From Oceanispirochaeta sp. (GTDB lineage: Bacteria; Spirochaetota; Spirochaetia; DSM-2461), in contig CAXXOA010000001.1 of the NCBI GenBank assembly GCA_963666275.2, forward strand, positions 288,001 through 352,000: a stretch of 64,000 bases of DNA. Reading direction: 5' to 3'. Shown here in pieces: positions 54,634 through 64,000 of the stretch. The notes under the pieces are model-generated. The model saw nothing but the letters and a program-made list of their open reading frames with translations. It searched no databases and was not told the DNA's origin. Position 1 is the stretch's first letter. Every line of letters begins with the position of its first letter. A program made the position numbers and the translations under genes.

Positions 54634-55524
54634 ATGCTTCATAAATACCTGGAACATTTCAAAGCTGTCGCGGAAACCTCCTCCATGTTGAGGGCTTCGG
54701 AGATCCTTTTTATCTCTCAGCCCTCACTTTCCAGAAGTATAAAAATTCTGGAAGAGCTTATTGATACCAAACTGTTCGAACGGAAAAACAAAGGTGTAGA
54801 GCTCACTGAGTACGGAGAAGTGCTCTATGCGCAGGTCTGCTCCATGGGGAATGAGTTCCGTTACGCACTGGAAGAGATCGAGTATCTGAAAAACAGGGTT
54901 GTCAAAAAACTCCGTATCGGTTCGGGCCTGGCCTGGCAGTACGGCATTTTTCCCAAAATAGTCCAGCAGTATACGGACTCCTATCCGGACATACAGCTTA
55001 CAGTGATTACGGGATACTCGAAAAAAGTCTATGACGGTCTTCTGGAGGGAAAATTTGACATCATTTTCTGTGATATCTCTAATCTCAAGCCTATGGCGGG
55101 GATTATCCAGGAACATCTGATGAATGTCTGCTTTTCCTTTTATGCCCATTGGAATCATCCCATTTTCAAAAAGAAAAATATCAGGGAACACGATCTGGAT
55201 CAATTCGATTTTGCCGTGTTCTCCCACAGCAATCAGGTGGCCGATCAGGATATTGAAGATGATAATATGCTCAGTCAGAGCAGCCGGCGGAGAATCAAGT
55301 ATATCAGCGGATCCATGATCAATCTTATGGAGGCCGTCAGTTCCACCCAGTATCTGACCGTCCTGCCCCAGCCTATCAGTTTTATAGCCGAGCAGTTCGG
55401 CCTGAAGGAGATCCATCCCGATCTGAGACGGGCTTCCTTTCCCAGCGGCATGGTCTACCATAAATCCTGTCTGGAAAAAGATCATATCAGGTCGTTTATT
55501 GAGGCTGTGAGGGATGTGGTTTAA
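54634..55524 (+). CDS. LysR-family regulator divergent from the TTT-sulfatase operon
   Basis: F..VAE..S..RA...L.ISQP.LSR.IK.LE, LFER, LT..G; start uncertain (54610 or 54634). Confidence 0.9.
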   Translation: MLHKYLEHFKAVAETSSMLRASEILFISQPSLSRSIKILEELIDTKLFERKNKGVELTEYGEVLYAQVCSMGNEFRYALEEIEYLKNRVVKKLRIGSGLAWQYGIFPKIVQQYTDSYPDIQLTVITGYSKKVYDGLLEGKFDIIFCDISNLKPMAGIIQEHLMNVCFSFYAHWNHPIFKKKNIREHDLDQFDFAVFSHSNQVADQDIEDDNMLSQSSRRRIKYISGSMINLMEAVSSTQYLTVLPQPISFIAEQFGLKEIHPDLRRASFPSGMVYHKSCLEKDHIRSFIEAVRDVV

Positions 55525-55535
55525 CCGCTGTCCTC

Positions 55536-55569
55536 AAAAAAAACCTGCCCGGTTAACAACCGGGCAGGT
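55536..55569 (-). terminator. Intrinsic terminator of the carboxylase gene
   Basis: Perfect 12-bp stem ACCTGCCCGGTT-AAC-AACCGGGCAGGT plus A8. Confidence 0.8.
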
Positions 55570-55607
55570 AAAAACCCTTTTCAACTGGAGAAAGTCCAGT
55601 TAATAAA

Positions 55608-58600
55608 CTATTGCAATTTGTGCATTCCCGCTTCGATCGAGTTGATCAGATAGGGCCGGATGGTTTCGGGAGTGACCACATCGTCTATGGATCCTACTTC
55701 CTTGGCTCTGGCCACACAGTGGATCTGATCGAACTTCTGACCCAGTGAGGTCTGTTTTTCGTTATAAACCTTCTGGAACAGTTCATCATAGTCTTTCTGG
55801 GTACACATGCCGCTGTCCAGAAAGTTCCGGCATTCGGCGATCCGCGGATCCAGATAGGTCTCCCGTGAGACTTCCCTGGGGAATACAACCGCCGCTGCAG
55901 GAGCTCCACCCAGTACGGAGGCAAAAGATCCCTGTACCGCTCCGGCCCTCATATTGGGGTTCAGAGACTTGGAAAAGACAACATAGGCTCCGCCATGATA
56001 CCGGGCAACCACCAGGAAGGCAATAGGCCCTTTGAAGTTCACAATAGCCCGACCGATTTCCGCACCGTATTCGAGCTGAAGGTTCCGCAGCGATTCGGGT
56101 GATCCGTCAAATCCCGACAGGTTCGCCAGGATCACAAGAGGCATCCGTCCTGAAAAGGAGTTGATCCCCCGGGCCACCTTTTTAGATGACTGGGGGAAGA
56201 GTGTTCCTCCGGTCCAGGTTTCGGGGCCGTCATGGGGAATGGAGCCGAACCGGGGGAGGGGACGGCTTTCGATTCCTATCATACCGGCGGCATAACCGCC
56301 TATTCTGGTTTCCCAGACAATGGAGGTGTCCGCATCTTTCATTCTCTGCCATCTTTCGAAGTATCCCGCATCCTTGTCGATGACAGCGCTCATGACCTGA
56401 CGGATATCAAAGGGTTTCTTCCTTTCGGGGTTTTTGTACATGCTGAAGATGTCCCCTATGGTTTCAAACCCCTGATCCAGAAAGTCATTGTAGCTCTCTT
56501 TTGTTATGTCTCTGTCCGCAGGGTCATCTGTTTTCATTCTGGGAGGATAGGCCTGTCCCGGGGCTTTGTAGCTGTATTTATAGTGATCCAGGAGCATCCT
56601 GTAGCCATCTGCCAGAGTTTTAGCCCTGAGCTGACACTGCCCGTTGGGGGCCATGATCCTTTCGGCTCCTCCGATATCCAGGTTGGTTTCACCCGATACG
56701 GAACCGGAAAAGTCCAGAGCTCTCTTTCCAGTGAGCAGCATGGAGGCGTCGTCAGTCATGATCAGAATACCTTTGGTATGCATAAGCATTGTAGATTCGG
56801 CATTCCAGTAGGACTGGGCACCCACGTTCACTCCGGGAACAATTACGTTGATCTCTCCGCCGGCCTGGGTAAAATCGATGATCCTTTTCAGCGCCGCCGC
56901 CGTCCAGTCCAGGTTTTCCGTTCCGGTTTCCATATCGATTTTGGCACCCGAAGAGATGGGCAGCCATTCCACGGGAATTCCCTGCTGATCCGCCAGGTCC
57001 AGTGCGGCAATGACCCTGCGGCTTTCGGGCTCTGCCAGACTTCCCAGGTCTCTGGTGGGATCGGACAGAAGGATTACCCTTTCCATCTCGCTCTCACCGT
57101 CCGGATGGGGGTGCTTGATAATACCGAAAACCACATTGGCTGTATTTTCACCGTAGATCCTGTCTCTGACAGAGATAATTTCCTGACGGCCCTTTGCATC
57201 GATATCAATATCGAACTCTTCAAAATCTCCCCGGGGAAATCCCTTGTACAGGGGGAGTCCCGCATAGGTGATCATTTTCAGGAACTCATAGGGATAGACC
57301 ATATTCCTCTGGCGGGCCCGTACGACTTTTCCCGTGTAATTGTCTGCCGGTTCGAGAGCATCAATCCGGGGCTTGCGGCTCCTCATGGAGTACTGATCCT
57401 GATAGAGGTTGCTCATGATCAGTTCCAGTTCCCTGATTTTATCTTCAGACCAGCGTTTCCGTCTTGTATAGACAACGACCTTCTCCAGGCCCAGGTCATG
57501 AGTCTGGGGAAGAATCTTATGGCCGTAGTTCTGCATCTGTTTCAGTTTCAGATTCTGAAGAGACCGGTTGTGCATGATGATCCGGTTCCACTGAAGGCGG
57601 AATTTGTATTTTGCCTGCACCGATCTCATGGCAAAGACCGCATCGCTGAAGGCGTTTTCAAAAAGGATCATCCGGCTGATATTGTTCTGATCCGCCCATT
57701 CGGCTTTGGGTTCCGAAAAGGAAGCCAGAGCGAAAAGCCGTTTTTCCTTGGGGTTTTCAATGGCTGACGATTCCAGCAGAGTCACCGTATTGGATTTATA
57801 CAGAATTGTATGATCGAATTTCTGGAGGCGGATGACCCGGAGCTCTCTGAATTCCAGGGGGCTGAAACCTCTGGCCAGTCTGTACTCCTCCCAGCTGTTC
57901 TCATGGTTCATATAGGTCCGGTAGAACTGATAGGTTCCCGGTGCAAACCATCCCACACAGAGTTTTGACACCCTCTCGGAAACACTCCAGGGGGCCTGGG
58001 CCAGGTACTCTTCATCGGTTCTGTTTTCAGAGCGGATAATCAGGGTCACTGTTATCCGGGAGTCACCGCCGACCTGATCGGCCAGATCGCATATGATCCT
58101 GTGGTGCAGATCTTTTTCATCGATCACACAGGTCAGATCCCTATGGAGAAAGTCCATATCCAGATTCCGGCTCTCACAGTAGTAGGCCCGGATCTTTCCG
58201 GTTTTCAGAAGTTTGCCCGACTGGAAATCCCTGTCTCTGTTCAGCCTGCGTCCCATAGCTTCCAGGCTGAGGGAGCTCTTTTTCTCGTCCTCCAGAAGGG
58301 CCCGTTCGGCCAGTCTGTCCATGATATCTCCGGAAGAGTCGATGATCTCGTTCATCAGATCTTCCGATTTGTTCTGTTCCAGCATGCGGTCGACTGCTTT
58401 AATCTGGGCTGTCCGGATCTTTTCCACCGTAATGGAGTCGATGATTCTGTACCGGGCGTAAAGGGCCGCATCCGCTGTGGAGGGATCGATCATCTGAGTG
58501 AGACTCACAATCCTGCTGATCACATCGGAGAGTTTGGGATGGATATCCTGGAAGACAGGAAGATCTTCCAGAGCAAAAAGGATCTGCTTGAGAATATCAT

Positions 58601-61097
58601 GTTTGTTCTTCAGCCTTCCATGGGAGTGGTAGATATAGTAGAGAGCCTGGTTCCGTGCGGTTTTATCCGCATCTTCCCCGTGATAGTAGTCGGTACAGCG
58701 TTTCAGATCTGCCAGGAAGTCTTCGGGCAGGCCTTTTTCCCTGTCTTTTTCCCGCAGAAAGTAGTGGGCCAGCAATTCCTGATAGCTCATGGGGCGGACG
58801 AAACTGTTAGTCAGAACCTCTTTGTCCGTAAAGAGCTGTTCCACCGCCGTGTAGGCGTCTAGGATCCGGATCAGCTGGGGAACCAGTCTGGTCAGATACT
58901 CCTGATGTTCCCTGGTAAAGTCCACAAGCTGCTGAAAGGCCTTCAGGCTGGATCTACCGTAATCGTATCCCAGGAACACGGCATTGAGTTTTCTGAGCAG
59001 ATAGTTCCACTTCTCCTCACCGTCCACCTGGATCTCATCGAAGGAAACCGGCTCATTCGCCTGAATTTCCTCTTCCTCCTCCTGATCTTTCAGATCAAGG
59101 AGAACCAGAGGCTGTCCGGCGGTAATCTGAGCGCCCGGAGCAACGCAGATTTCAGTGACAAGGCCGTCTCCCGGAGATTCCACAAGCATCTCCATCTTCA
59201 TGGCTTCCAGAACAAGAAGAACATCGCCTTTGTTTACTTTTTTTCCGACTTCCACAACCACGTTCAGGACAATGGCGGGGGAGGGGGATTTTACATAACC
59301 GCCCGAGTCGCTCTCCAGCATCACCGGATAGCCGTCTACTTCGCACTGGAGCATATCTGCCCGTTTCACCATGAGGATATTGTATCTCTCGCCGTCAAGG
59401 ATCAGACGGGATTCCTGGTCTCCCTGTTTGTACCGGCAGATCAGGTCTTTCTCTTCATAACGGATATGATAGGTTTCTCCGCCCATGGAGCGCACCTGGA
59501 ATTTATAGCTGTTGCCTCCGGTGCTGAGGTTTATCTCATAGCCCTCGGCAGATGTCAGGGTTCGGGGATGACCGATCCGGCTGATTTCATCTTCGAAATT
59601 CAGATAGTCTGTGGAAAAGTTCTGATTGTAGATTTCCACTGCTCCCGCCATCAGGGCGGCTCTGACTTTTCCCTCCTGGGGGACAAGGGTTCTGTTTTTC
59701 AGAAGCTCTTCTACAAAACCCGTATGAACTCCGCCGTCCTTTATAGCTTTATTGTTCAGAAGTTCCAGCAGGAAGGCCCTGTTGGTGGTTCCGTTCACTA
59801 TGTTGATACGGAGAGTATTCAGAGCCTGTTCAAGCCGGGCCAGCGCCTCGGGTCTCGTCGGGGCGTGAGCAATAATCTTTGCCACCATGGAGTCAAACTC
59901 CGAAGGAATCGTACTTCCCTGTTCTATACCCGAATCCACCCGGATTCCCGGGCCTGCCGGAGCCTTGAAGAGGACCACTTCTCCCGGAGCGGGGCTGAAA
60001 TCCCTGTCGGGGTCTTCCGCATTGAGTCTGACTTCCGCAACAGCGCCGAAGGGCTGTCTGTCTGACAGATCCACTTTGAATCCCCGGGCCACATCGATCT
60101 GGCCCTTCACAAGGTCTACTCCGTAGAGGGTTTCTGTAATGGGATGCTCTACCTGAAGTCTTGTGTTGACTTCCATAAAGTAGAACTCTTTCCTGTTCAG
60201 GTCATAAAGGTATTCCACCGTACCGGCACCCACATACTCTGCCGCCAGGATAAGCCTTTTTGCGGCTTCCTGCATCTCTGTGAGCATCTCTTCGGGGAGT
60301 CCCGCCGGCGGTGTCTCTTCGATGATTTTCTGATTTTTCCGCTGGACCGAACAGTCTCTCACTCCGAATGTGTTGACTGTTCCGTGGCTGTCCGCCAGGG
60401 CCTGCACTTCCAGATGCCGGCCTTTTTCCACAAGGGCTTCGATAAAGACAACATCGTTTCCTGTGATCCTGACAGTTTCATCCCTGGCGGATTTGAACTG
60501 GCTTTCCAGTTCCTCCGGGGTTCTGACAAAACGGATTCCCCGGCCTCCGCCGGCATTGGCTGCCTTGACTATGACGGGGTAGCCGATCTCTTCGGATATC
60601 TTCCTCGCATCGTCCAGGTCTTTAACGGCTCTTCTGCTCCAGGGCAGAATGGGAACATCCGCGGTTTCGGCCAGATCCTTGGCTTCTATCTTATCACCCA
60701 GCCGTGACATGGCTGTGCTGGAGGGACCCATAAACAGGATCCCTTTCTTTTCTATTTTTTCTGCAAAAACAGCATCTTCTGAAACAAATCCCCAACCCAC
60801 CCAGATGGCATCACAACGGGTTTTTTCAAGGCCTTCCAGCATGAGTTCATGATCCAGATAAGGGGATTTCTGTTTACCCGGAAACCCCGGCAGGTCTGAG
60901 AGCAGGAGAATCTCATCGGCCATTTTGACAAAGGGAGCTTCCTCTTCGGCCTGAATGTAGAATGCCACAGTTTTGAAACAGGTCCCGTGCAAAATGTTGT
61001 ATTCATTGACGGCCCGTATAAACCTGAGAGCCGCTTCTCCTCTGTTGATAATTCCTATTCTGGCATCATCTTTCAGAATGATAGTATCCTTCTGCAT
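55608..61097 (-). CDS. Single-chain multidomain acyl-CoA carboxylase (BC-BCCP-central-CT)
   Basis: BC: NRGE, GWGF.SE, GGGRG, QR.NQK..EE, EVNTRLQVEH, FDSM.AK; biotin site EAMKME; CT: SGA.I, AN.SGF.G, GGAYVV. Confidence 0.92.
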   Translation of the reverse strand: MQKDTIILKDDARIGIINRGEAALRFIRAVNEYNILHGTCFKTVAFYIQAEEEAPFVKMADEILLLSDLPGFPGKQKSPYLDHELMLEGLEKTRCDAIWVGWGFVSEDAVFAEKIEKKGILFMGPSSTAMSRLGDKIEAKDLAETADVPILPWSRRAVKDLDDARKISEEIGYPVIVKAANAGGGRGIRFVRTPEELESQFKSARDETVRITGNDVVFIEALVEKGRHLEVQALADSHGTVNTFGVRDCSVQRKNQKIIEETPPAGLPEEMLTEMQEAAKRLILAAEYVGAGTVEYLYDLNRKEFYFMEVNTRLQVEHPITETLYGVDLVKGQIDVARGFKVDLSDRQPFGAVAEVRLNAEDPDRDFSPAPGEVVLFKAPAGPGIRVDSGIEQGSTIPSEFDSMVAKIIAHAPTRPEALARLEQALNTLRINIVNGTTNRAFLLELLNNKAIKDGGVHTGFVEELLKNRTLVPQEGKVRAALMAGAVEIYNQNFSTDYLNFEDEISRIGHPRTLTSAEGYEINLSTGGNSYKFQVRSMGGETYHIRYEEKDLICRYKQGDQESRLILDGERYNILMVKRADMLQCEVDGYPVMLESDSGGYVKSPSPAIVLNVVVEVGKKVNKGDVLLVLEAMKMEMLVESPGDGLVTEICVAPGAQITAGQPLVLLDLKDQEEEEEIQANEPVSFDEIQVDGEEKWNYLLRKLNAVFLGYDYGRSSLKAFQQLVDFTREHQEYLTRLVPQLIRILDAYTAVEQLFTDKEVLTNSFVRPMSYQELLAHYFLREKDREKGLPEDFLADLKRCTDYYHGEDADKTARNQALYYIYHSHGRLKNKHDILKQILFALEDLPVFQDIHPKLSDVISRIVSLTQMIDPSTADAALYARYRIIDSITVEKIRTAQIKAVDRMLEQNKSEDLMNEIIDSSGDIMDRLAERALLEDEKKSSLSLEAMGRRLNRDRDFQSGKLLKTGKIRAYYCESRNLDMDFLHRDLTCVIDEKDLHHRIICDLADQVGGDSRITVTLIIRSENRTDEEYLAQAPWSVSERVSKLCVGWFAPGTYQFYRTYMNHENSWEEYRLARGFSPLEFRELRVIRLQKFDHTILYKSNTVTLLESSAIENPKEKRLFALASFSEPKAEWADQNNISRMILFENAFSDAVFAMRSVQAKYKFRLQWNRIIMHNRSLQNLKLKQMQNYGHKILPQTHDLGLEKVVVYTRRKRWSEDKIRELELIMSNLYQDQYSMRSRKPRIDALEPADNYTGKVVRARQRNMVYPYEFLKMITYAGLPLYKGFPRGDFEEFDIDIDAKGRQEIISVRDRIYGENTANVVFGIIKHPHPDGESEMERVILLSDPTRDLGSLAEPESRRVIAALDLADQQGIPVEWLPISSGAKIDMETGTENLDWTAAALKRIIDFTQAGGEINVIVPGVNVGAQSYWNAESTMLMHTKGILIMTDDASMLLTGKRALDFSGSVSGETNLDIGGAERIMAPNGQCQLRAKTLADGYRMLLDHYKYSYKAPGQAYPPRMKTDDPADRDITKESYNDFLDQGFETIGDIFSMYKNPERKKPFDIRQVMSAVIDKDAGYFERWQRMKDADTSIVWETRIGGYAAGMIGIESRPLPRFGSIPHDGPETWTGGTLFPQSSKKVARGINSFSGRMPLVILANLSGFDGSPESLRNLQLEYGAEIGRAIVNFKGPIAFLVVARYHGGAYVVFSKSLNPNMRAGAVQGSFASVLGGAPAAAVVFPREVSRETYLDPRIAECRNFLDSGMCTQKDYDELFQKVYNEKQTSLGQKFDQIHCVARAKEVGSIDDVVTPETIRPYLINSIEAGMHKLQ

Positions 61098-61365
61098 AAT
61101 CCTTCCTTATTAAGTTGCTTTTCACGAGTCCGTTCCGGCGCTGCAGACGCCATATGCTGACTCCAGCAGAGGCAGTATCTGAATCTCTCTCCAGACCTGT
61201 CTCAGTTGAAAAAATTCGGTTTTGCCTTTATTTTGACATTTTTTTGGATTTTGTCAATATTGACCAATGAGGAATCCCTGTTTAGGAGATATAATCTTTC
61301 CATATAAGGATTTTCGGATTATATGACAATAGGGGAGCCGGGCTAGCAGACGGAGAAAAAGAGAC

Positions 61366-61393
61366 AAAAAAACCCTGCCCGCAGGGACAGGGT
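61366..61393 (-). terminator. Intrinsic terminator of the lipoprotein gene
   Basis: ACCCTGCCC-GCA-GGGACAGGGT plus A7. Confidence 0.7.
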
Positions 61394-61415
61394 AAATCTC
61401 ATAGAGAGGGAAGGG

Positions 61416-62126
61416 CTACTGCTCTACAGCAGTTAATACTCCGTTAACAGCAAGGACATCATTTTCAAGAGTGACTTTCAGATCTCCGTCCCAGAGGTAC
61501 ATGGCATCTCTGCTGGCACCGGCCCACTGAACATCAGAGGAGAACACTTTTTCAAAGTCTACGCCTTTGGCTGTTCCGTCGCTTGTAAACTCGGCTTCCA
61601 GTTCCTGGGGTGTTCCGATTTTCCGGCTTTCAAATTTACCGTCAGGCAGGGCAAGAATTCCCTTTGTATCTGTGGTAAATCTGTAGGCGGTTCCTCTGTG
61701 AACATACTGGATTACAATGGAGCCGTCACTGTTTTTGATCGCATGGAGATTGTCATTGGCAGTCTGTGCTGCTGAGTTGACACCGAAAAGGAAGAGTCCT
61801 CTCAGACCGGATCCCATAGCTTCTTTAGCTTCCACATCATACAGATACATCATAAAAAGGTGGGTGGATCCCATGGCGGATGCTCCGGAAGCGGCATCGT
61901 AGGAATCTTCTGCAGCCATGTATCTTACATTCCCTTTCCAGTTGAAGTGGTTGATGCTGTCATCACCGGCCAGACTAACCTGGAAATCAATGGTAAGATC
62001 TTCGCTGCCGTCAGAAACTGCAGGAGCCTGTGCCTGAGCCTGGGGGGCTGCAACAGGAGCATCCTGTTTTCCGCAGCTCATGAGAAGAATTGCTGCTGCT
62101 GTGAGCAGTAAAAGTATCTTTTTCAT
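61416..62126 (-). CDS. Lipoprotein of unknown function
   Basis: GGAGG RBS; MKKILLLL..LLMS-C lipobox; A/P/Q linker. Confidence 0.8.
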   Translation of the reverse strand: MKKILLLLTAAAILLMSCGKQDAPVAAPQAQAQAPAVSDGSEDLTIDFQVSLAGDDSINHFNWKGNVRYMAAEDSYDAASGASAMGSTHLFMMYLYDVEAKEAMGSGLRGLFLFGVNSAAQTANDNLHAIKNSDGSIVIQYVHRGTAYRFTTDTKGILALPDGKFESRKIGTPQELEAEFTSDGTAKGVDFEKVFSSDVQWAGASRDAMYLWDGDLKVTLENDVLAVNGVLTAVEQ

Positions 62127-62209
62127 AAAAAAAACCTCCATTTTGTTTTTCAATGAATGAAAAGTACCATTTAATATGGATTCGGTAAAAATATACCGAT
62201 ATATGAGTT

Positions 62210-62240
62210 ATATACTAGTATATGCGGAACAATAAGTCAA
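62210..62240 (-). promoter_or_regulatory. Lipoprotein promoter with a palindrome over the -10
   Basis: TTGACT-N17-TAGTAT on the minus strand; ATATACTAGTATAT at 62210-62223. Confidence 0.6.
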
Positions 62241-62325
62241 TTATATTTTGACATATTTAGCCAAGTTCAGTTTTCTCCTGTCTCTTTTGTGGAAATTCAG
62301 TCGGTGATGGCATAAAATCTTCTCT

Positions 62326-63537
62326 ATGGAAAGCAAATATGATCATATAATTATCGGCGCTTGCCGGGCAGGGCTTTCGGCAGCTCTCACAATCCGGGAG
62401 CAGAAACCTTCAGATACAATTCTCATAGTCAACAGAGAGGACAGGCTCCCCTACAAACGGACAAACCTGACCAAAAAGCTTGCCTCCGGGTTCAGGAAAG
62501 ATGATTTTGCTCTCTATCCTCATCAGTGGTATGAGGAAAACTCCATAACACTTCTGAATCAAACCTCTGTAGAAAAGATCGATGTCTCATCCCGTACCGT
62601 TTTGCTCAGCCGGGGGGGCAGCATCGGCTGGGATCATCTTCTGATCGCCACGGGAGCGTCCCCTTCGGAGATCCGGATACCCGGAAAGGAATATATCATG
62701 CACCTCAGAGAGGCTGCCCAGGCGGAACAGATTCGCCAGAGTATCCTCTCCAGCAGAAAGATTCTGATTCTGGGTCAGGGGGTGGAGGGGATCGAACTGT
62801 CGGAGCAGTGCCGGCTTATGAACAGGGATGTGGTTGTCACAGGGCTGGATGACAGGCTCATGAAGAAATGGCTGGATCCGGCCCTCTCCCAGAGGCTTCT
62901 GGAGCTTTTGAAGAAAAATGGCATCGCCTGTATTTTCAATGCTCCTGTTCAGAGTGTGGAAGTCCATGAAAAAGCAGATTATCCCTATACGTTGATCAGT
63001 GATGGGAGCGTACAGAACGGCGACCTCATCCTGGCTTCTGTAGGTATCAAACCCAATACGGAGATCGCCGCGTCCCTGGGAATCTGCGGTCCCATCGGTA
63101 TTGCTGTCAATTTCAACATGGAAACGATTATTCCGGGCATATATGCGGCGGGTGACGTTCTGGAGCCGACAGGGCTGGGATCCTACGGCCTCTGGCATGC
63201 CGCCGAATATCAGGGGCAGGTGGCCGGCCTGAATATGGCGGGAACTCCCGCTGAAAGGGATAACCGGGCCGCCCGTCTGAAATGCGAAGTTTTCGGTGAC
63301 TTCTTCTTTTCCATGTGTCTGGACAGGGTGCATCCGGAAGATCGGGAAACTGGCTGGCAGGGTGACAGGTTTACCGATGAGACAGGACGGTACCTCAAGC
63401 TTTTTGTGAGAGAGGGGAAAACCATTGCTGCGCTGATGGCTGGAATGCAGAAGGCCGGTGCGAAGATCCTTGAAAAGGGCGTTCAGGAAAATAGGCCTCC
63501 GGCAGAGATCGTGGAGGCCCTCTCTCAGGCTCGGTAG
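62326..63537 (+). CDS. NAD(P)H:FAD oxidoreductase (rubredoxin/ferredoxin reductase-like)
   Basis: IIGA..AG.SAA, PY.R..L.K, LIATG, G.KPN, IYAAGD. Confidence 0.85.
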   Translation: MESKYDHIIIGACRAGLSAALTIREQKPSDTILIVNREDRLPYKRTNLTKKLASGFRKDDFALYPHQWYEENSITLLNQTSVEKIDVSSRTVLLSRGGSIGWDHLLIATGASPSEIRIPGKEYIMHLREAAQAEQIRQSILSSRKILILGQGVEGIELSEQCRLMNRDVVVTGLDDRLMKKWLDPALSQRLLELLKKNGIACIFNAPVQSVEVHEKADYPYTLISDGSVQNGDLILASVGIKPNTEIAASLGICGPIGIAVNFNMETIIPGIYAAGDVLEPTGLGSYGLWHAAEYQGQVAGLNMAGTPAERDNRAARLKCEVFGDFFFSMCLDRVHPEDRETGWQGDRFTDETGRYLKLFVREGKTIAALMAGMQKAGAKILEKGVQENRPPAEIVEALSQAR

Positions 63538-63627
63538 AAGCGCTGCAACAGCAGAAAAAGCATAAATAATATAAAATCAGTATTATTTATATTTACAAAC
63601 ACTAGTAAAATGATTAAGATACTAGAC

Positions 63628-64000
63628 ATGAAAGTTATCAGTATACCAAAAAAAGTCAATTCCTCTGTAGTACGGCTGGTGGCAGGACAGGTCTTTCTGC
63701 TTTCTCTGCTCTTTGTCTTTACCAGGCAGCCTCTTTTTGCGGGGATACTTGTGATAGATTTTGCCATAAGGGCGCTGGGATATCCCCTTTTCAGCCCTCT
63801 GGCTCTGGCAGGAAGGCTCCTGTCGGATTCCATTCATATGAAACCGAAGCCTGTTTTTTTTCATCCCAAGCGTTTTGCCGCTGCTATCGGTTTCTTTTTA
63901 TCCCTGACTGCTTTAATCCTGCTCAGTGCGGGAGCCGTCTTCTGGTCAGTGGCCGTGACGGCGCTGCTGCTTTTCTTCTCTTTCCTTGAAAGTTTCTTCG
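63628..64000 (+). CDS. DUF4395-family membrane protein, truncated by the window edge
   Basis: Manual translation: VN..VVR..A, DF..R, SP, PKRFA..IG, F.FLE; alternative in-frame ATG at 63610. Confidence 0.8.
   Translation, partial: MKVISIPKKVNSSVVRLVAGQVFLLSLLFVFTRQPLFAGILVIDFAIRALGYPLFSPLALAGRLLSDSIHMKPKPVFFHPKRFAAAIGFFLSLTALILLSAGAVFWSVAVTALLLFFSFLESFF

Noticed and set aside
61200..61230. c-di-GMP-I riboswitch suggested by GGCAAA in the carboxylase leader
   Set aside because: It lacks the GNRA-capped stem and the downstream GCAAAGC/tetraloop-receptor elements
1..64000. tRNA, rRNA, restriction/defence or toxin-antitoxin systems
   Set aside because: No such signatures were recognised by eye; short divergent elements could have been missed

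Overview
A gene-dense 64-kb bacterial chromosomal segment. It is most likely from a free-living anaerobic spirochaete (inferred from the 'LFASGQ/LFANGQ'-type solute-binding-protein signal peptides, the lipoproteins and the gene content). Left to right it holds: a GntR/LacI-sensor regulator with an FGGY kinase-GatD-GatZ sugar operon; a YesMN-controlled oligosaccharide ABC operon with GH43 and GH1; and a ydhYVW-like aldehyde:ferredoxin oxidoreductase operon carrying fdhD and its own tatCBA, led by an unannotated Moco/Wco-class riboswitch lacking P3. Next come a stand-alone cNMP-binding protein, a divergent Zn-dehydrogenase/FucU pair, asparaginase, LysR/YeiH, an amidohydrolase-ygfM-xdhD module, a CoADR-rhodanese-TusA-DsrE fusion, and a TonB-dependent uptake operon. 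The remainder has a RAYT-type HUH transposase with flanking short repeats, a MarR-controlled ABC efflux operon, a TTT transporter-sulfatase-anSME locus whose tctC has an in-frame ochre stop, and an 1829-aa single-chain acyl-CoA carboxylase. The strongest novel signal is a palindromic operator (TAGTGTTyTArAACAC). It occurs at the GntR and kinase promoters and again 21 kb away between the Zn-dehydrogenase and FucU. This suggests a split regulon for a PTS-independent aldose-hexitol-tagatose-6-P-fructose-6-P route, possibly for L-galactose. All calls come from motif recognition by eye; no database searches were run.
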